This document shows, in pieces, positions 49,087 through 61,785 of a stretch of 64,000 nt of DNA; positions within the stretch are counted from its first letter, which is position 1; each line of letters opens with the position of its first letter. The notes under the pieces are model-generated. The model saw nothing but the letters and a program-made list of their open reading frames with translations. It was not told where the DNA came from and did not search any database. The stretch comes from Octopus sinensis (taxonomy: Eukaryota), in assembly GCF_006345805.1 (NCBI RefSeq), contig NC_043024.1, forward strand, positions 1,240,001-1,304,000, read 5' to 3'. Made by a program: the position numbers and the translations under genes.

Positions 49087-52000
49087 TGTACTCTTTTAGA
49101 AGTACGTCTCGGACTCGGTGGACCCGCAGGCGTGGCTGTGTGGTTAAGAAGCTTACTTTTGCAACAACATGGTTTCTGGTTCAGTCCCATTGCATCCTCG
49201 GGCCGACCAAAGAGTGGACTTGGTAGGTGGAAACTCAGAGGAAACCCGTCGTGAGTGTGTATGGGGTATGTTGTAGTGTTTCCAGCCCACCTCCACCTGA
49301 CAACCAATGTTAGTTTATTTATATCCTGTAACTTAGCAGTTCGACAATAGAAACCTATCGATTAAGTACTGGAATCGATGGCTGTGCCCCAGCATGGCCG
49401 CAGTCCAATGACTGAAACAAGAAAAAGATTTTTGAAAATAAATAAATAAATAAAAATGCCCCCACTTTTTCGTTTTCAAGATGTGATACTAGAACGGATT
49501 CTTTGGCTATGGTCACCTTAGGATGTAGAGTGGCATGTGCAATGCTTCTAGTAAGGTTTCTGGGATCTGGAAGGGGAAAAATTGCAACTAATTTTAGTTT
49601 CCTAATTTAAGACTATCAAAACCCGACGACCTTGTCCGGCTTTGACTTGGCACTTACATTCTTGAAGTTCTTAGCATGAATTCCTGCTTGTCAGTCAATG
49701 ACCTCTCCTTCCAGACGAGCGGAGACAGGTGTTAATGAGTTTTATTATTATAGAATACCTGTAGGTGTTCTTTAATCTGGGTTTATTTCTGGTCGAGTAG
49801 CCGTAAGATCGAAGAAATTCCAGCTTTGACCATCCTGTCTTATATGTGTATATTTTGAGACAGCGTGGCCGTGGGGCAAGAAATTTGCTTCCCAACCACA
49901 TGGTTCCGGGTTCAGTCTCCCTGCGTGTCGCTTTGAACTATAGCTCTTCTACTATGGCCCCCCAGATCGACCAAACCTTGTGAGTGGATTTGGTTGGCGG
50001 AAACTGAAAGAAGCTCGTCGTGTGTCTTTGTGTTTGAACCCCACTATTATTTGATAACCGCTGTTAGTTTGTTTACACCCCCGTAAATTATCTGTTCGGC
50101 GGTAAGGCTCGATAAAATAAGTGCCAGCCTCTAAAAAGAATAAAAACTGGTTTTGATTTGCACAAGGCCAGCAACTTTGACTGGAGAGAGAAGTCGGTTG
50201 CCCCAGTCCTTAGTATTCAGCTGGTATTTTATTTTATCGACCTGGAAAGGATGAAAGGCAAAGTCAACCTCAAAACATTTGAACTCAGAACATAAAACTG
50301 GAAAAAAAATGCAGCTGAACCGTTTGTCCGCTGTGTAACGATTCTGCCAGCTTGCCGTTTAATAATAATAACCCCTATTGTCCTGCTTTACTAGCCATTA
50401 TTTGTTTTAAATTATTATTATAAATCAGCTCAGGTGTGGCTGTAAGAAGATTGCTTCACAATAAACATGGTTCCGGCCAGGTTTAGTCCCATTGCGTGGC
50501 ACCTTGAGTAAGTGTCTTTCATTGCAACCTCTGGGCCGACCAAAGCATTGTGAGTGGATTTGGTAGATGGAAACTGAAAGAAGCCCGTCGTATATAAGTG
50601 CGTATGTGTTTATCCTTCGCTACCGATTGACAACCAGTGTTGGTGTGTTTATGTCTCCGTACATTAGCGGTTCAGCAAAAGACAGTACTGGGGTCGATTC
50701 ATTCAACTAAAATTCAAGGCGTGCTCCAGCATGACCGCAGAAACAAGTAAAAGAATGAAGGAATATATGAGAGAGAGAGAAATAGATAGAGGGGTGTATA
50801 GTAAGGTTTGCGTGTCTGGATGGGTGTAATATTTATTTTATATTTTCTGCATCTCTTCCATTCATCAGCTGCCGTTAGTGTTGTTGCACTTAGTCCTTAG
50901 GTCAACCCTGACATCTTACCCCTCCCCTTACGACCCGCTTTTTTCAGATTTAGTTTATCTCTGCTACATTATCAAAAAAACATCGAACTATTTTTTTTCT
51001 TTCTTTTCCTTTCTTTTTATTTTGTTTTGTTTGAGAAGACTTTGTAGAATTTGTTTTGATCTCTTCCCACTTCCCTGTAAATTCTTGTTGTAGTTTGAAA
51101 AGGGCTACAAAGGGACTTTATTAAGGGCATTGGCTGGAATATTTTGGTTTGCAAGATTCTTTATGTGAGTTCGTGTGTTGAAGCATATTCTGTTGTGTCT
51201 GGGGAGAGTCGTTCTCTTTTTGTGCCTATTGAAAAGGTTGCAAGACGCAACGAAAATTTTAGGACAATAAAAATAAGAAGAAAAAAGTGGAAATTTTACC
51301 GGTGAGTGTGTTACATAATAAGGCACAAAAAGAGAATGATTCTCAACAGAATTGGCTGGAATGTTAGCGTAGTAGAATAGTCTGCAACGGATGTGGTTCT
51401 GCAGTTTTGAAAAACGATGTATGGGAGATAACTGTGTGGCACTGAACATCTTGTGGATCATCAACAGCTGACTGAGAGATTTTGTCTTGGGGAAAGGTGT
51501 TTATGGGCGATGATGGTTGTGTTGCACAGGCTGACCCCTCGATATAAATGAAGTTTAGTGTGAGAACTTCTTTGGGTGTGTGTGTGTGACTGAAGAAGAC
51601 TTGGATGCCGAGACCCCCCTCCATTTGCTATGCACATATTATGTAGAGATATAAGCACAGTCGTGGCTGTGTGGTAAGAATCTTGCTTCGCAGCCTCATG
51701 GATCCGGGTTCGGCTGACCAAGGCCTTGTGACTGCATTTGGTAGATAGAAACTGAATGAAGCCTCTCATATATCAATCAATCAGTGTGTGTATCTTTGTG
51801 GCTGTTTGTTCCCCACCACCACTTGACAACCGCTGTTGGTTTGTTTATGTCCCCATGACATGTTGGTTCAGCAAAAGAGACCAATAAAATAGGTACTATG
51901 ATTTGAAAGGGAAAAATGTCCTGGGGTCGGTTCGTCCCTCTAAATTTCTTGAAGGCAAAGCCCCAGCGTGGCTGCAGTTTAATGACTGAACCAAGTAAAA

Positions 52001-55000
52001 GATAAAAGACGTGTGTACGAGGTTTAGAGGGAGAACATCCTACTGTTGTTGTTGTTGTTATATCCCCGGTCGTCTTTGAGATTGAGCAGGCATACAGTGA
52101 AAGACGTTCCAGCTTTGGCCATCTCCACTTCATTTCATTGTTTTTAGAACTACATTACACTCACGAAGTGGTTGGCGTTAGGAAGGGCATCCAGCTGTAG
52201 AAACTCTGCCAGATCAGACTGGGCCTGGTGCAGCCTTCAGGCTTCCCAGACCCCAGTCGAAATGTCCAACCCATGCTAGCATGGAAAGCGGACGTTAAAC
52301 GATGATGATGATGATTATCCAATGTGTCCTTTTTTTTTCCTCTTTTGTAATCATGCAAGGAGAGCTTTGAGAGAAACTTGGCTGCTATTTCTAGCGATTT
52401 GTGTGACCATGGAGGCAAGGTCCTTTCCTTGCAGAAATTTAAGATACTAGATAATATATTGCTTGGAGGAATTCTACTTTAAGCACCCTACATAACCCCT
52501 TGTAACTTTTTTATTTTGGGGAATTTTCAGAAAAGTTCTGCAAATTTGTCTTCTACACATGGGAATTCACACAACTATGGGGATAAAAACATTAAAAAAA
52601 ATTTTTTTTTGGTTAATTTTACGAATTTTTCTTTCTAAATCACAGTTTAAATATTTGGCTTAAATCTCAGCAATGGACCATTAAATGCATTTGTGGGGAG
52701 AAAGATATAGGTGCAGGAGTGGCTGTGTGGTAAGTAGCTTGCTAACCAACCACATGGTTCCAGGTTCAGTCCCACTGCATGGCATCTTGGGCAAGTGTCT
52801 TCTGCTATAGCCCCAGGCCGACCAATGCCTTGTGAGTGGATTTGGTAGACGAAAACTGAAAGAAGCCTGTCATATATATATATATATATATGTGTGTGTT
52901 TGTCCCCCTAGCATTGCTTGACAACCGATGCTGGTGTGTTTACATCCCCGTCACTTAGCGGTTCGGCAAACGTGACCGATAGAATAAGTACTGGGCTTAA
53001 AAAGAATAAGTCCCAGGGTCGATTTGCTCGACTAAAGGCGGTGCTCCAGCATGGCCGCAGTCAAATGACTGAAACAAGTAAAAGAGAGTAAGAGTATGTC
53101 AGAGTGACAAACAAACATGGAGGCATGAAGTGGTCGTGAGATGTGCTAAAAATAACAGCTAAATATGCCTTAAATCACACACTGAAAATTGGATTTGGTG
53201 GGAGGGTTGCATGACTAAGAATTCCCATAAAGCCAGGGACTTTTCAGCACCCCTTTTTTTTTACATAGGCGTAGGGCACACATTGAAGGAGAAAGCAGTA
53301 AAGCTGGGACCATGTCAAGTTGCTCTGTGGCATCTCAACCGGTGTTTTACTGGAGAGAGAGAGAAGAAGGACTGGCTACAATCAGCAATGACAGCCTCGG
53401 TAGTTGCAGATTAGATAGCAGGATGTGTGTGTGAGTGTCATGTCAGGACTCCTCTGATATATACAGCTGATGTCAGTCCTCAGCTTGTCTTTTGTCCATT
53501 GTGAGTTGGCATTGTGGCAACAGAGAGAGGGACATCTTTTTAATGAAGTCTCCCTTCCACCATCACCCCCCCCCCCCCTCGCCTCACAGACTCCTCCGCA
53601 TTCCTGGTAGACAAAGTGAATCAGAACCTGGTGAGATAAGATCTAAAGTAACAATGTGTGCCATTGTGTGGCTGAACAGGCAGAAGGTCATTGAGGTCAC
53701 ACGACCTTCAGACATTGGGAAGAATGCTGGGAGAGGGGGAGGGCAGTGCACTGTAACACACACACACACACACTTTGAGGCATTGAACTACTTCACATGT
53801 GACGTGCTAACAAATACAATGGCAATCCAGTTTAAGTGTTTTATTAATAGAGTGTGTGAGAGAGAGTGTGTGTGTGTGTGTGTGTCTTCTGCTGTAGCTG
53901 CAGGATGACTGAAGCCTTGTGAATTGATTTGGTTGATGGAAACTGAAAGAAGCCCCTGTTATGTGTCACGTGTGTGTGTGCTACTGTCTCTTTGCTGTGA
54001 TATCGTCACACGGTGGTTCTAAACGAGTGTCGCTGCTATGCAATGCGCTTCATTTCCTGGGGCACAGAAGATGGCAAGTAAAGAGACGAGGGTCAGCAAC
54101 TAGAAAGGTCCATCCGGTCATAGAGGAGCCACTTCAACGAAACCTTCTGTCTGACTCATCTAAACGGGGGAAAGGGGTCATTAAACTGATGATGATTATG
54201 TGATTGTGTGTGTATAAAAGGGCCTGTGCTGACGTCATGTAAAACTCAAGCATGTAGGAGCCATGTAAAAAGCACCGATGCCAGCAACATGTCAAAAAGC
54301 ACCCATTATATGGCACCCTATAAAAGCACCCAGTACACTCTGTAGAGCGGTTGGCTTTTGGAAGGGCATCAGGTCATAGAAACCGTAGCAAAACATGGCT
54401 GGAGCCTGGTGCAGCCCTCTGGCTTGTCAGCATAGAAAACAGATGTTAATGATGATGATGATGATATACACACACTCACATGCACGTTTGCATGCCTGCA
54501 CATATATAATGTGTGTGTGTGTATGACATTAAACTGGATTGAAATTTGGCTGCTCTTTTTAGCAGATCAAGCAGCCACACAGAGGCTTCCCAGTTGGCTT
54601 TGGTGACCTGTCTTTTGCGGAAGCCTTTTATTTCGTTATATTCCTCATACTCGTTTAATCATGAGATGTCTTATTCCTTTTACTTGTCTCAGTCATTAGG
54701 CTACGGCCATGCTGGAGCACCACCTCTGGACATCGATTTGATGCCAGTCCTTATTTTCATCTTTTGAACTGGGTACTTGTTCTGTCAGTCTCTTTCCACC
54801 AAACCATTCATTTACGGGGACGTAAACAAACCAACACCAGTTTTCAAGTCGTGGTGAGTGACTTTGGGCTTTCTTCCAGTTTCCATCTACCAAGTTCACT
54901 CACAAAGCTTTGGCAGGCCTGCTGAGGGCTTATAGCAGAACATACTTGCTGAAGGTGTCCCTGAGACTTGAACCCAATAAGCATTATTACATTTGACGGA

Positions 55001-55494
55001 GGGATCTGAAGGCTGAAAGGGTCAAACGTTTCCTTTCAGGCTAAAGTTTTTCTCCTGTAACCATTAAATCTGCTTAGTCATACACAACCACTCAGTCCGC
55101 TGGTGATGTCCATTAAGCCCCACCATTGAGGCTGGCTGCTTGCAGTTATTTTTACATTGAGTCACCATTCTGGTGGATTCCAGCAGCTGTTTCGTTGGGA
55201 TAAAACAGATACGAAAATCGTGGGGTCAGTTTGATACTGTTTAGTTAACATACAGTTTTGAAGTGAAGCCCAGCCAAAGTAGCATCATCCTGGATGAAGA
55301 TGTTGGCTTTCAGCCAGTTTAACAGCATCACAATTTGGTTTGAGCCTTGTAACCAGGTCTCTGAGCCAAGGATAACTTTCTTGCTTCTTCATCAAACTAA
55401 GCCAGTGGTTCTCAACCATTTTTTTTTTTTATCTGTGGACCCCTTTCATTATTATCTTATTTTGGTGGACCCCATTGCCATTCAGTGTTGACTT

Positions 55495-55790
55495 GACTTG
55501 TTTTGAGACAGCGTTCACCCGGGGTGGGTTGAGCTGGCTTCATTCACCCTCAATGCTGCATCCCTCACAAACGCCGACCAGGCCTGGCGATTTGAGGCTA
55601 ACGACCGCGTGATCTCCAACCACTCCTTATTCCAGCGGCAAATGCCGTAGATATGGGGGCCTAGGTTGGGTTCCAGATCAGCCTTGACTGTCATCAGCCA
55701 GGTTTTTCGTTGTCCACCACATCGCTTTCGCCAACCCTGAAGGGGAGCTGGGGTAATTGCTTCGTAGATGAATTCTCCTGAATGCTAACG
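55495..55790 (-). mobile_element. RTE-clade LINE 3' end with an uninterrupted 90-codon frame (55784 to 55515)
   Basis: The frame reads GEFIYEAITPAPLQGWRKRCGGQRKTWLMTVKADLEPNLGPHIYGICRWNKEWLEITRSLASNRQAWSAFVRDAALRVNEASSTHPG* and is followed by a (CAAGT)n tail. It was missed by the ORF track because it has no early start codon. Confidence 0.88.
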
Positions 55791-57127
55791 AGTTAAACGG
55801 TTCCTTTCAAGCTAAAGTTTTCCTCTTGTATGGGTTGGACGATTTGACTGGAGCTGGTAAACCAGGAGAGCTGTACCAGGCTCCAGCCTGTTTTGGCCTG
55901 TAGTGTATATATTTTGCCCTTTGACAGGACATGAGTCCATTGCAGGGTTGCTCATTTTTGCCAGCTGAGTGGCCTGGGGCAGTGTGAAAGGGAGTGTTTT
56001 GCTCAAGGACACAATGCATTGCTCAGTCCAGGAATCGAAACCACAATCTTATGATTATGAGTCCAACACCCTAACCACTAAGCCATGCGTCTGGGGGTAT
56101 TTAGTAATGTAAGGAGTTGCACAGTAACCAAGGGGAGATAGAAGCAAGTTATTCACTGGTTGGGGTTAAAGGATGTTTTTTATCATAAAGGGTGACACAA
56201 TCGTAAGGGCAAGAGGTAGACGTATCAGGTAAGCCTAGATAGGGATAGAATGAAGAATTTGAGTGCAGTGGAATGGAAGGTGCTGAGAAGCTGTAGAAAC
56301 TGAATACGAAGAAAATGGTATGCTTGCAGATGGATGTTTGTAGCATGTTTGAGTTTTTTTTTGTTTTCTTCTTTATTATTTTTATACCATTCCATTGGAT
56401 GGCTTTCTTTTTGATGAATATTGGCGGTGTGTACTTGCACAAGAACAAGAAGTTTTGCTTTTGCAACTTTGTCGCTTTAGATTGAGTTTCACTTTGTTAC
56501 AGGCCCAGACTGACCAATAACTTGCGAGAGAATCTGGCAGGGCTTGTGTGTGTGTGTGTGTGTGTGTATATAAGAAGTTTGCTTTGGAACTATCACTTTA
56601 GTTTTACAAGCTTAGGTTTAACATGTGAGTGAATTTGGTAGACTTGTGTGTGTGGCTAAGCAATGTGCTATGCAACCATGTCACATTATGTGCAGTTTCA
56701 TTCCATTATTGCTCCAGATTGGCCAGTACCTTGTGAGTAGATTTGACAGGTGTGTGTGTGTGCACAGCTGTTGTGTTTGTCTTTCACCATTTGACAACCA
56801 GTGTTTGTTGGTTTATGTCTCCATAACTTAGCAGTTCAGCAAAAAGGAAATGACTGATAGAATAAGCACCAAATTTTAAAATAAGGGCCAGGTTCAATTT
56901 GGTCAATGAAACCCTTTGAGACAGGGGCCCTGTATGGTTGCAATCGAATGACTGAAACAAGTGAAGAGATGTATGTAAATGCCAAAAGAGATACAAGCAA
57001 AACTCTTGAATTTTGTAGAAGGTCAGCAATTGACCCTGAGTAAAGTATTTTCTGTCCCTAGAGAGGGACCACCATAGTGTTTTGGGTAGGGTGAGGTCTG
57101 ACAGTTGTAGGAAACTTTTAGTATTAA

Positions 57128-57257
57128 CCTTTAGCATGCTTAGGTGCATCATGGTGCAGTACAAGTTTTCTCCCCTGTACCTGCAGGCACATTGTGTTGT
57201 AATTGAGAGGGGAGAAAACTCTTACAGTGACATGATGCATCTATGTCATGCTAAAGG
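57128..57257. mobile_element. 130-bp fold-back piggyBac-type MITE
   Basis: Starts TTAA|CCTTTAGCATG and ends CATGCTAAAGG|TTAA, with internal inverted blocks TGCATCATG/CATGATGCA and GTTTTCTCCCCT/AGGGGAGAAAAC. Confidence 0.85.
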
Positions 57258-57869
57258 TTAATGTGTTGTCTACAAGTAAGGATGCTGTTATTAATGGAAG
57301 TCTGTTTGCCTTGAGTGTGTCAGGTGTGTTGTTTAATGAAACTAAGGTAACTTGTCGCTCCCCATTAAATGTTTACAAGGTCTTACTGTAAGTAGGGATA
57401 ATCTTTGGTCTTGACATATATCCCTTTTTTCAGGAATCTGAAACCAGTCAGTCATTTTCTAGTCACCCATTCCCACCCCCCATTGCCCCCTGCCCTGTCC
57501 TATGTTTTAAAAAAGGTTGCCCATTCAATGCAGCTGGTTTGTCCACCATCTGGTTACGTCTGTTGACACTGATGGCATTTTCTGTCTGCAGCCATCCACC
57601 CCCAATTGCTCCCCATCTAGTGCAAAAAAAAAATAATAATAATAAATTAAGATAAATAAATTGTGTTTATTAGCAACAACCCAACCTGCAGTCATGTTAT
57701 TGTAAGAATTGATGTTGAAGTTGATGATGTCGATGATGATGATGACACACTGCAAGTTAATCCTCCACCCCCTTCTCTCCTCTCCTTGTTCCTATTTCTG
57801 TGTGGATTTTGTCCTGAGAAAAGAACCCATGTCTTTATGGAAGGCCTAGAGAAGTGGTGAGCAGAGAAA

Positions 57870-58260
57870 CTGGTCTCATTCAGTTGGTTGATAAGGGACT
57901 TGAATTTTGACAGGTCATACGAAAGAGGGAACCGAGGATCCGGGAACCGTTTCCGACAAGGGATCATGGTATGCAGAAGCAAAGAGGGACCACTATGTTT
58001 GGATCAGAAGCTGAGAGCAGCCACATGCGAAAGATGACATCTTTTGGAGGGGTGAGTGACACTAGCAGAAAGAAAGCGCGAGTGACGAACCGCTGTCAGA
58101 GAGCTTCTTTGAACAGCATCCCTGGTGATGTATAGAGAGAGAGGCTGAAAGTTTATGATTATTGCTCCTCCTCCTCCACTGTGAGAGGCTGGCAGGACAC
58201 TTGATCAACAACTGTGACTGTCCTCGTGAAACGGTCAGCAGAGATCTGCAGTGATTGGAT
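57870..58260 (-). mobile_element. Highly decayed CR1-clade LINE ORF2 3' fragment
   Basis: Minus-strand pieces QPL, SLSIHHQGCCSKKLSD and RFPLSYDLSKFKSLINQL resemble the CR1 C-terminal LQPLS..SLSLFYRYY.G.CS.EL...FP..Y.L..FKS.IN.L. There are several frameshifts. Confidence 0.55.
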
Positions 58261-61086
58261 ACCAGTAATTATGTTCATAGGTGATGAGAAGGCTTTCAGC
58301 ACGACTTGTACTTTCAAGTCTGTGACGCCGCTGAGTTTAATTAAACTCAGAATTCGGCACAGGTGAGGTTAGAGGCATGGGTGAGGTGTAATTAAACTCA
58401 GATTATCTGCAGGAAGAGATTAAAATCTGGTTTGAGAGGAGCATCAGGGTTCTAATCACAGTGTCGGCTTCGTCCCGGCACCTTATTTCAACCCGGTGCA
58501 TTTAAGCAGGTCTGATTATGTCTGCACCTGGTGTAATACAGAAACCCATAATAAATCTCTATGAGGCCCATGAGCCAATTCCTTGTGTGGTTGACCAGTT
58601 TGGCACCTCCGATTACCCTGCAGTAAAGAAATCAATTTACTTAATTTTAGAGGAATTTCTCTATAAATCTCATGTATGTATTGTCATTTGTTTGGATTAG
58701 ATATCTTACTCCCCCCTCCCCCGTTCCCCCTCTCTCTGTCTCTCCCTCTTACACCTCTCTCTATCACACAGTCTACCTTCAGTGTTATTTCTAGTTTTAG
58801 GTTCGTTAAGCAAGTCAAAGGATTCGTCTACCTGAGATAGGAACGGCAAAAGTCCATTGCATTTTGTCTTTTTCTAGCTGAAGAAAGAAAGAATTGAACC
58901 AACGACTTCAAGCCAATGAAACACTCTGCAACACCACAATGCTTCCACTACCTAAAAATATACATATATATGAGTATGTGTGTGTGTGTGTGTGTGTATA
59001 TACATATAAACATATGCACACATGCATACATACATGTATGTATATATATGTGTATATATATATATATATACATACATGCATATATACCACCTGTAATATC
59101 AGTTTATAGTTAGATGAATGTACTCAGCTTTTGACAAATGAATCTGTTGCCTTGGACAAGGATATTATGGAATGGCTGTCAAGATGTGAAACCCTAACCT
59201 CTTGGTTGGCTGTTCTCTGTTCTACTGACTTAGACAATCTAACTGGAAAACAAAACTGTTACCTCTCTCATTTCATAGTGGTATAACTTGGCACAAGAAA
59301 GGATATCCAGATATGACCACATGTGTTATCTTACATCATTCAAAATATACACAACACATTTCAAATGTAATTACAACTCACAACTCCGTAGCAATGTTCA
59401 TAGAGTTTTGTTAAACACATTATTTCTTGTCATAAACAAATGGAAATATTTATATGTATGTTACACAGATAACTGAATTAATGGATTGTTCTACATAAAC
59501 ACCTGAAGTTCCAGATTTTGGATAAAGGTTCCATCTGCCTATATGGGATCCCTTTTAAGTCCAAAGTGACCATCCAACAACTCAGATTCACGGAAACACT
59601 TGTTTGTTCTCTACTGACTCTACATATTATTTTCAAATTTTGGCCCAAGGCCAGCAATTTCAGGGGAGTGGAGCAAGTCTCTTGCATCAACCCCAGTGCA
59701 TAACTGGTACTCATTCTATTGACCCTGAAACGATGGAAGGCAAAGTCAACCTCGGCAGAATTTGAACTCAGAACTTGCAGATGTATGAACTGCTTAGCAG
59801 CATTTTACCCAGCATGCTGATGACTCTGCCAGCGAACCACCTTTACTGACTCTTGATATCGAATACCATGCAGTTGGTGTAGCCACCATGACTCTCAGAC
59901 TTCACAGACAATGTGGAAAACTAAAAGAAAGCAACCTGGAGCATTGGATGTAATTGTTTGAGGTGTGAGAGAGGAAAAGAGAGACTGCAACAGCCCAAGC
60001 TACAGCAGGAAACACATTGAATGGATAAGGCAATGATCGAATGGCATCCAAGTTTGAAGCTAACCATGAAAGAAGATCCAGTACCCTATGTCTGATGGTA
60101 CAGGTCTGCCTCACACTAATGGAACCACACAAAATGATAAAGGATGGAGATTAAATGTTGATGGACAGCAATAAGGCAAATGACGGCACTTTTGACTAAG
60201 GATTTGTTTACTGTTTGGATAATTTTATCTAGTAATGACCTTTAGACAATACGATTGACAGCACTGGACTGTGAAGGGGTTGACACACAGGGAATAGGAT
60301 TTAGAATACTGCTGGGGTGCTTCTATTATGTATTACCTCTCTGCTTTTCTTGTGGTTTACTTTAAAATAAGATTTTATTTTAAGTTGTGCAGCTGCCCTG
60401 GCAATTGCTGTTTACACTTGTAGCTATGGACCCTTCACAGGAATGACGTGAATCCTATGACTGACTTAGCCTCTAAATTTGGATTCTGGAACAATACAAT
60501 ATTTCCTGAAGAATATCTGCCTTTGTTAGGAAAAAAGATAATTTAGATGGATTTTGACAAATTTATTTTTGGGGTTTTTTTTTGCACACGCTTAGTTAAT
60601 GATATAATGATTAACATAGTAATTAGAGGAATAAAAATAAAAAAATATAGAAGTGAGCTGCATCCTTAATTGAGATTTTCCAAAGTACCACTGAAGGACG
60701 GATGTCATCTTTATATCTAGTCGTGTGTCGTGGGTCAATCAGTCTGACAAGAATTAATCCCTCTCTAGATTATTGATTTGGGCTCAACTTACCTCATGCA
60801 ATTAAAATTGATTCCTTAACGAGCATCAAAGCAACAAATAACGAGCGCTCGGTTTGCACAATTCACCACCAGAGTGCAGTACTTGCACAGTAGTCGCATT
60901 ACGCTTTCCATAATATGATAAAACGCTGCAGACATAATTAGTGTGGAGGGTGCCACCAGCATGTTTCATATACCTCTCTCCTTGCCCTCCTCTTCCCTCT
61001 CCTTACCCTCCTCTTCCATACTCGTTTACCTACAATGGTTTACCTGACTGGTTCTCGCCTACCTGTCTCTCCATCTCTCTATCTCT

Positions 61087-61124
<38 letters not shown>

Positions 61125-61785
61125 GACTCTTCGTATCATGTTACCGTTTTAGCAAGGAACCTAGGTGTACATTACACTCAAGCACACCCAGCCTGAGATT
61201 GAACTCTGAACAATGCTTTTACTGTCTGCTTTGTTTCTTGTCAGGAGCAGCAGAGTGGGTAACTTGTCAGGCTACAAACTCACAGTTTGTGGGTTCAAAT
61301 GCTCCTGTGGGTGTCTGGTCGTGTGTTTGAGCAAGGTTTTTTTAGCTTAATAATGGAACGTACTGGTATCCTATCCCGGGTGAGATTTTCATCTCATCCC
61401 ATTTGAGGCTACGAAACCCAAGAGTGAAAACATTGGTTTTATTCTGTGAATCTCTGTGCTGTGTGAATTGATGTTCCATAGAACAGTGTCCATCCGCCTC
61501 TCTTTCCACATCACTGCTGAACCCCAAGTGGTCAAACGGGCAAAGTATTTGGCCTGTTATTGCTCTGGACATTCCCTCTTTTCTCCAATTTGTGATGAAG
61601 AGGCACCAGATCTGCTGGCGATGGAACTCCTCACCCTGTGATGTGAGATTAGACTGTGTATGAGTATATTTTTTGTTTAATTTTATTGTTGTTGTTTTGT
61701 TGTTATAAATTATCATTGTTGTTGTTATTAATTATTATCATTGTTGTAATTATTGTTGTTGTTGTTATTATAATTATTATTAAGG

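Noticed and set aside
56191-56234. Strong donor CAG|GTAAGC at 56229
   Set aside because: There is no pyrimidine tract directly upstream, so it is not a recursive site. The nearest acceptor gives a 38-nt frameshifting exon with a weak AAG.
59815-59845. CTGATGA...CGAA hammerhead-like string
   Set aside because: It is a mutated family B SINE head in antisense, and no stems form.
60785-60800. Perfect minus-strand donor GAG|GTAAGT (U1-like ACTTACCT on the + strand)
   Set aside because: An 8-mer is expected about once per window, and there is no antisense exon context.
61305-61330. VGVW peptide resembling the fly shep linker microexon
   Set aside because: It lies in a SINE-like remnant, is followed by a stop, and has no flanking splice sites.
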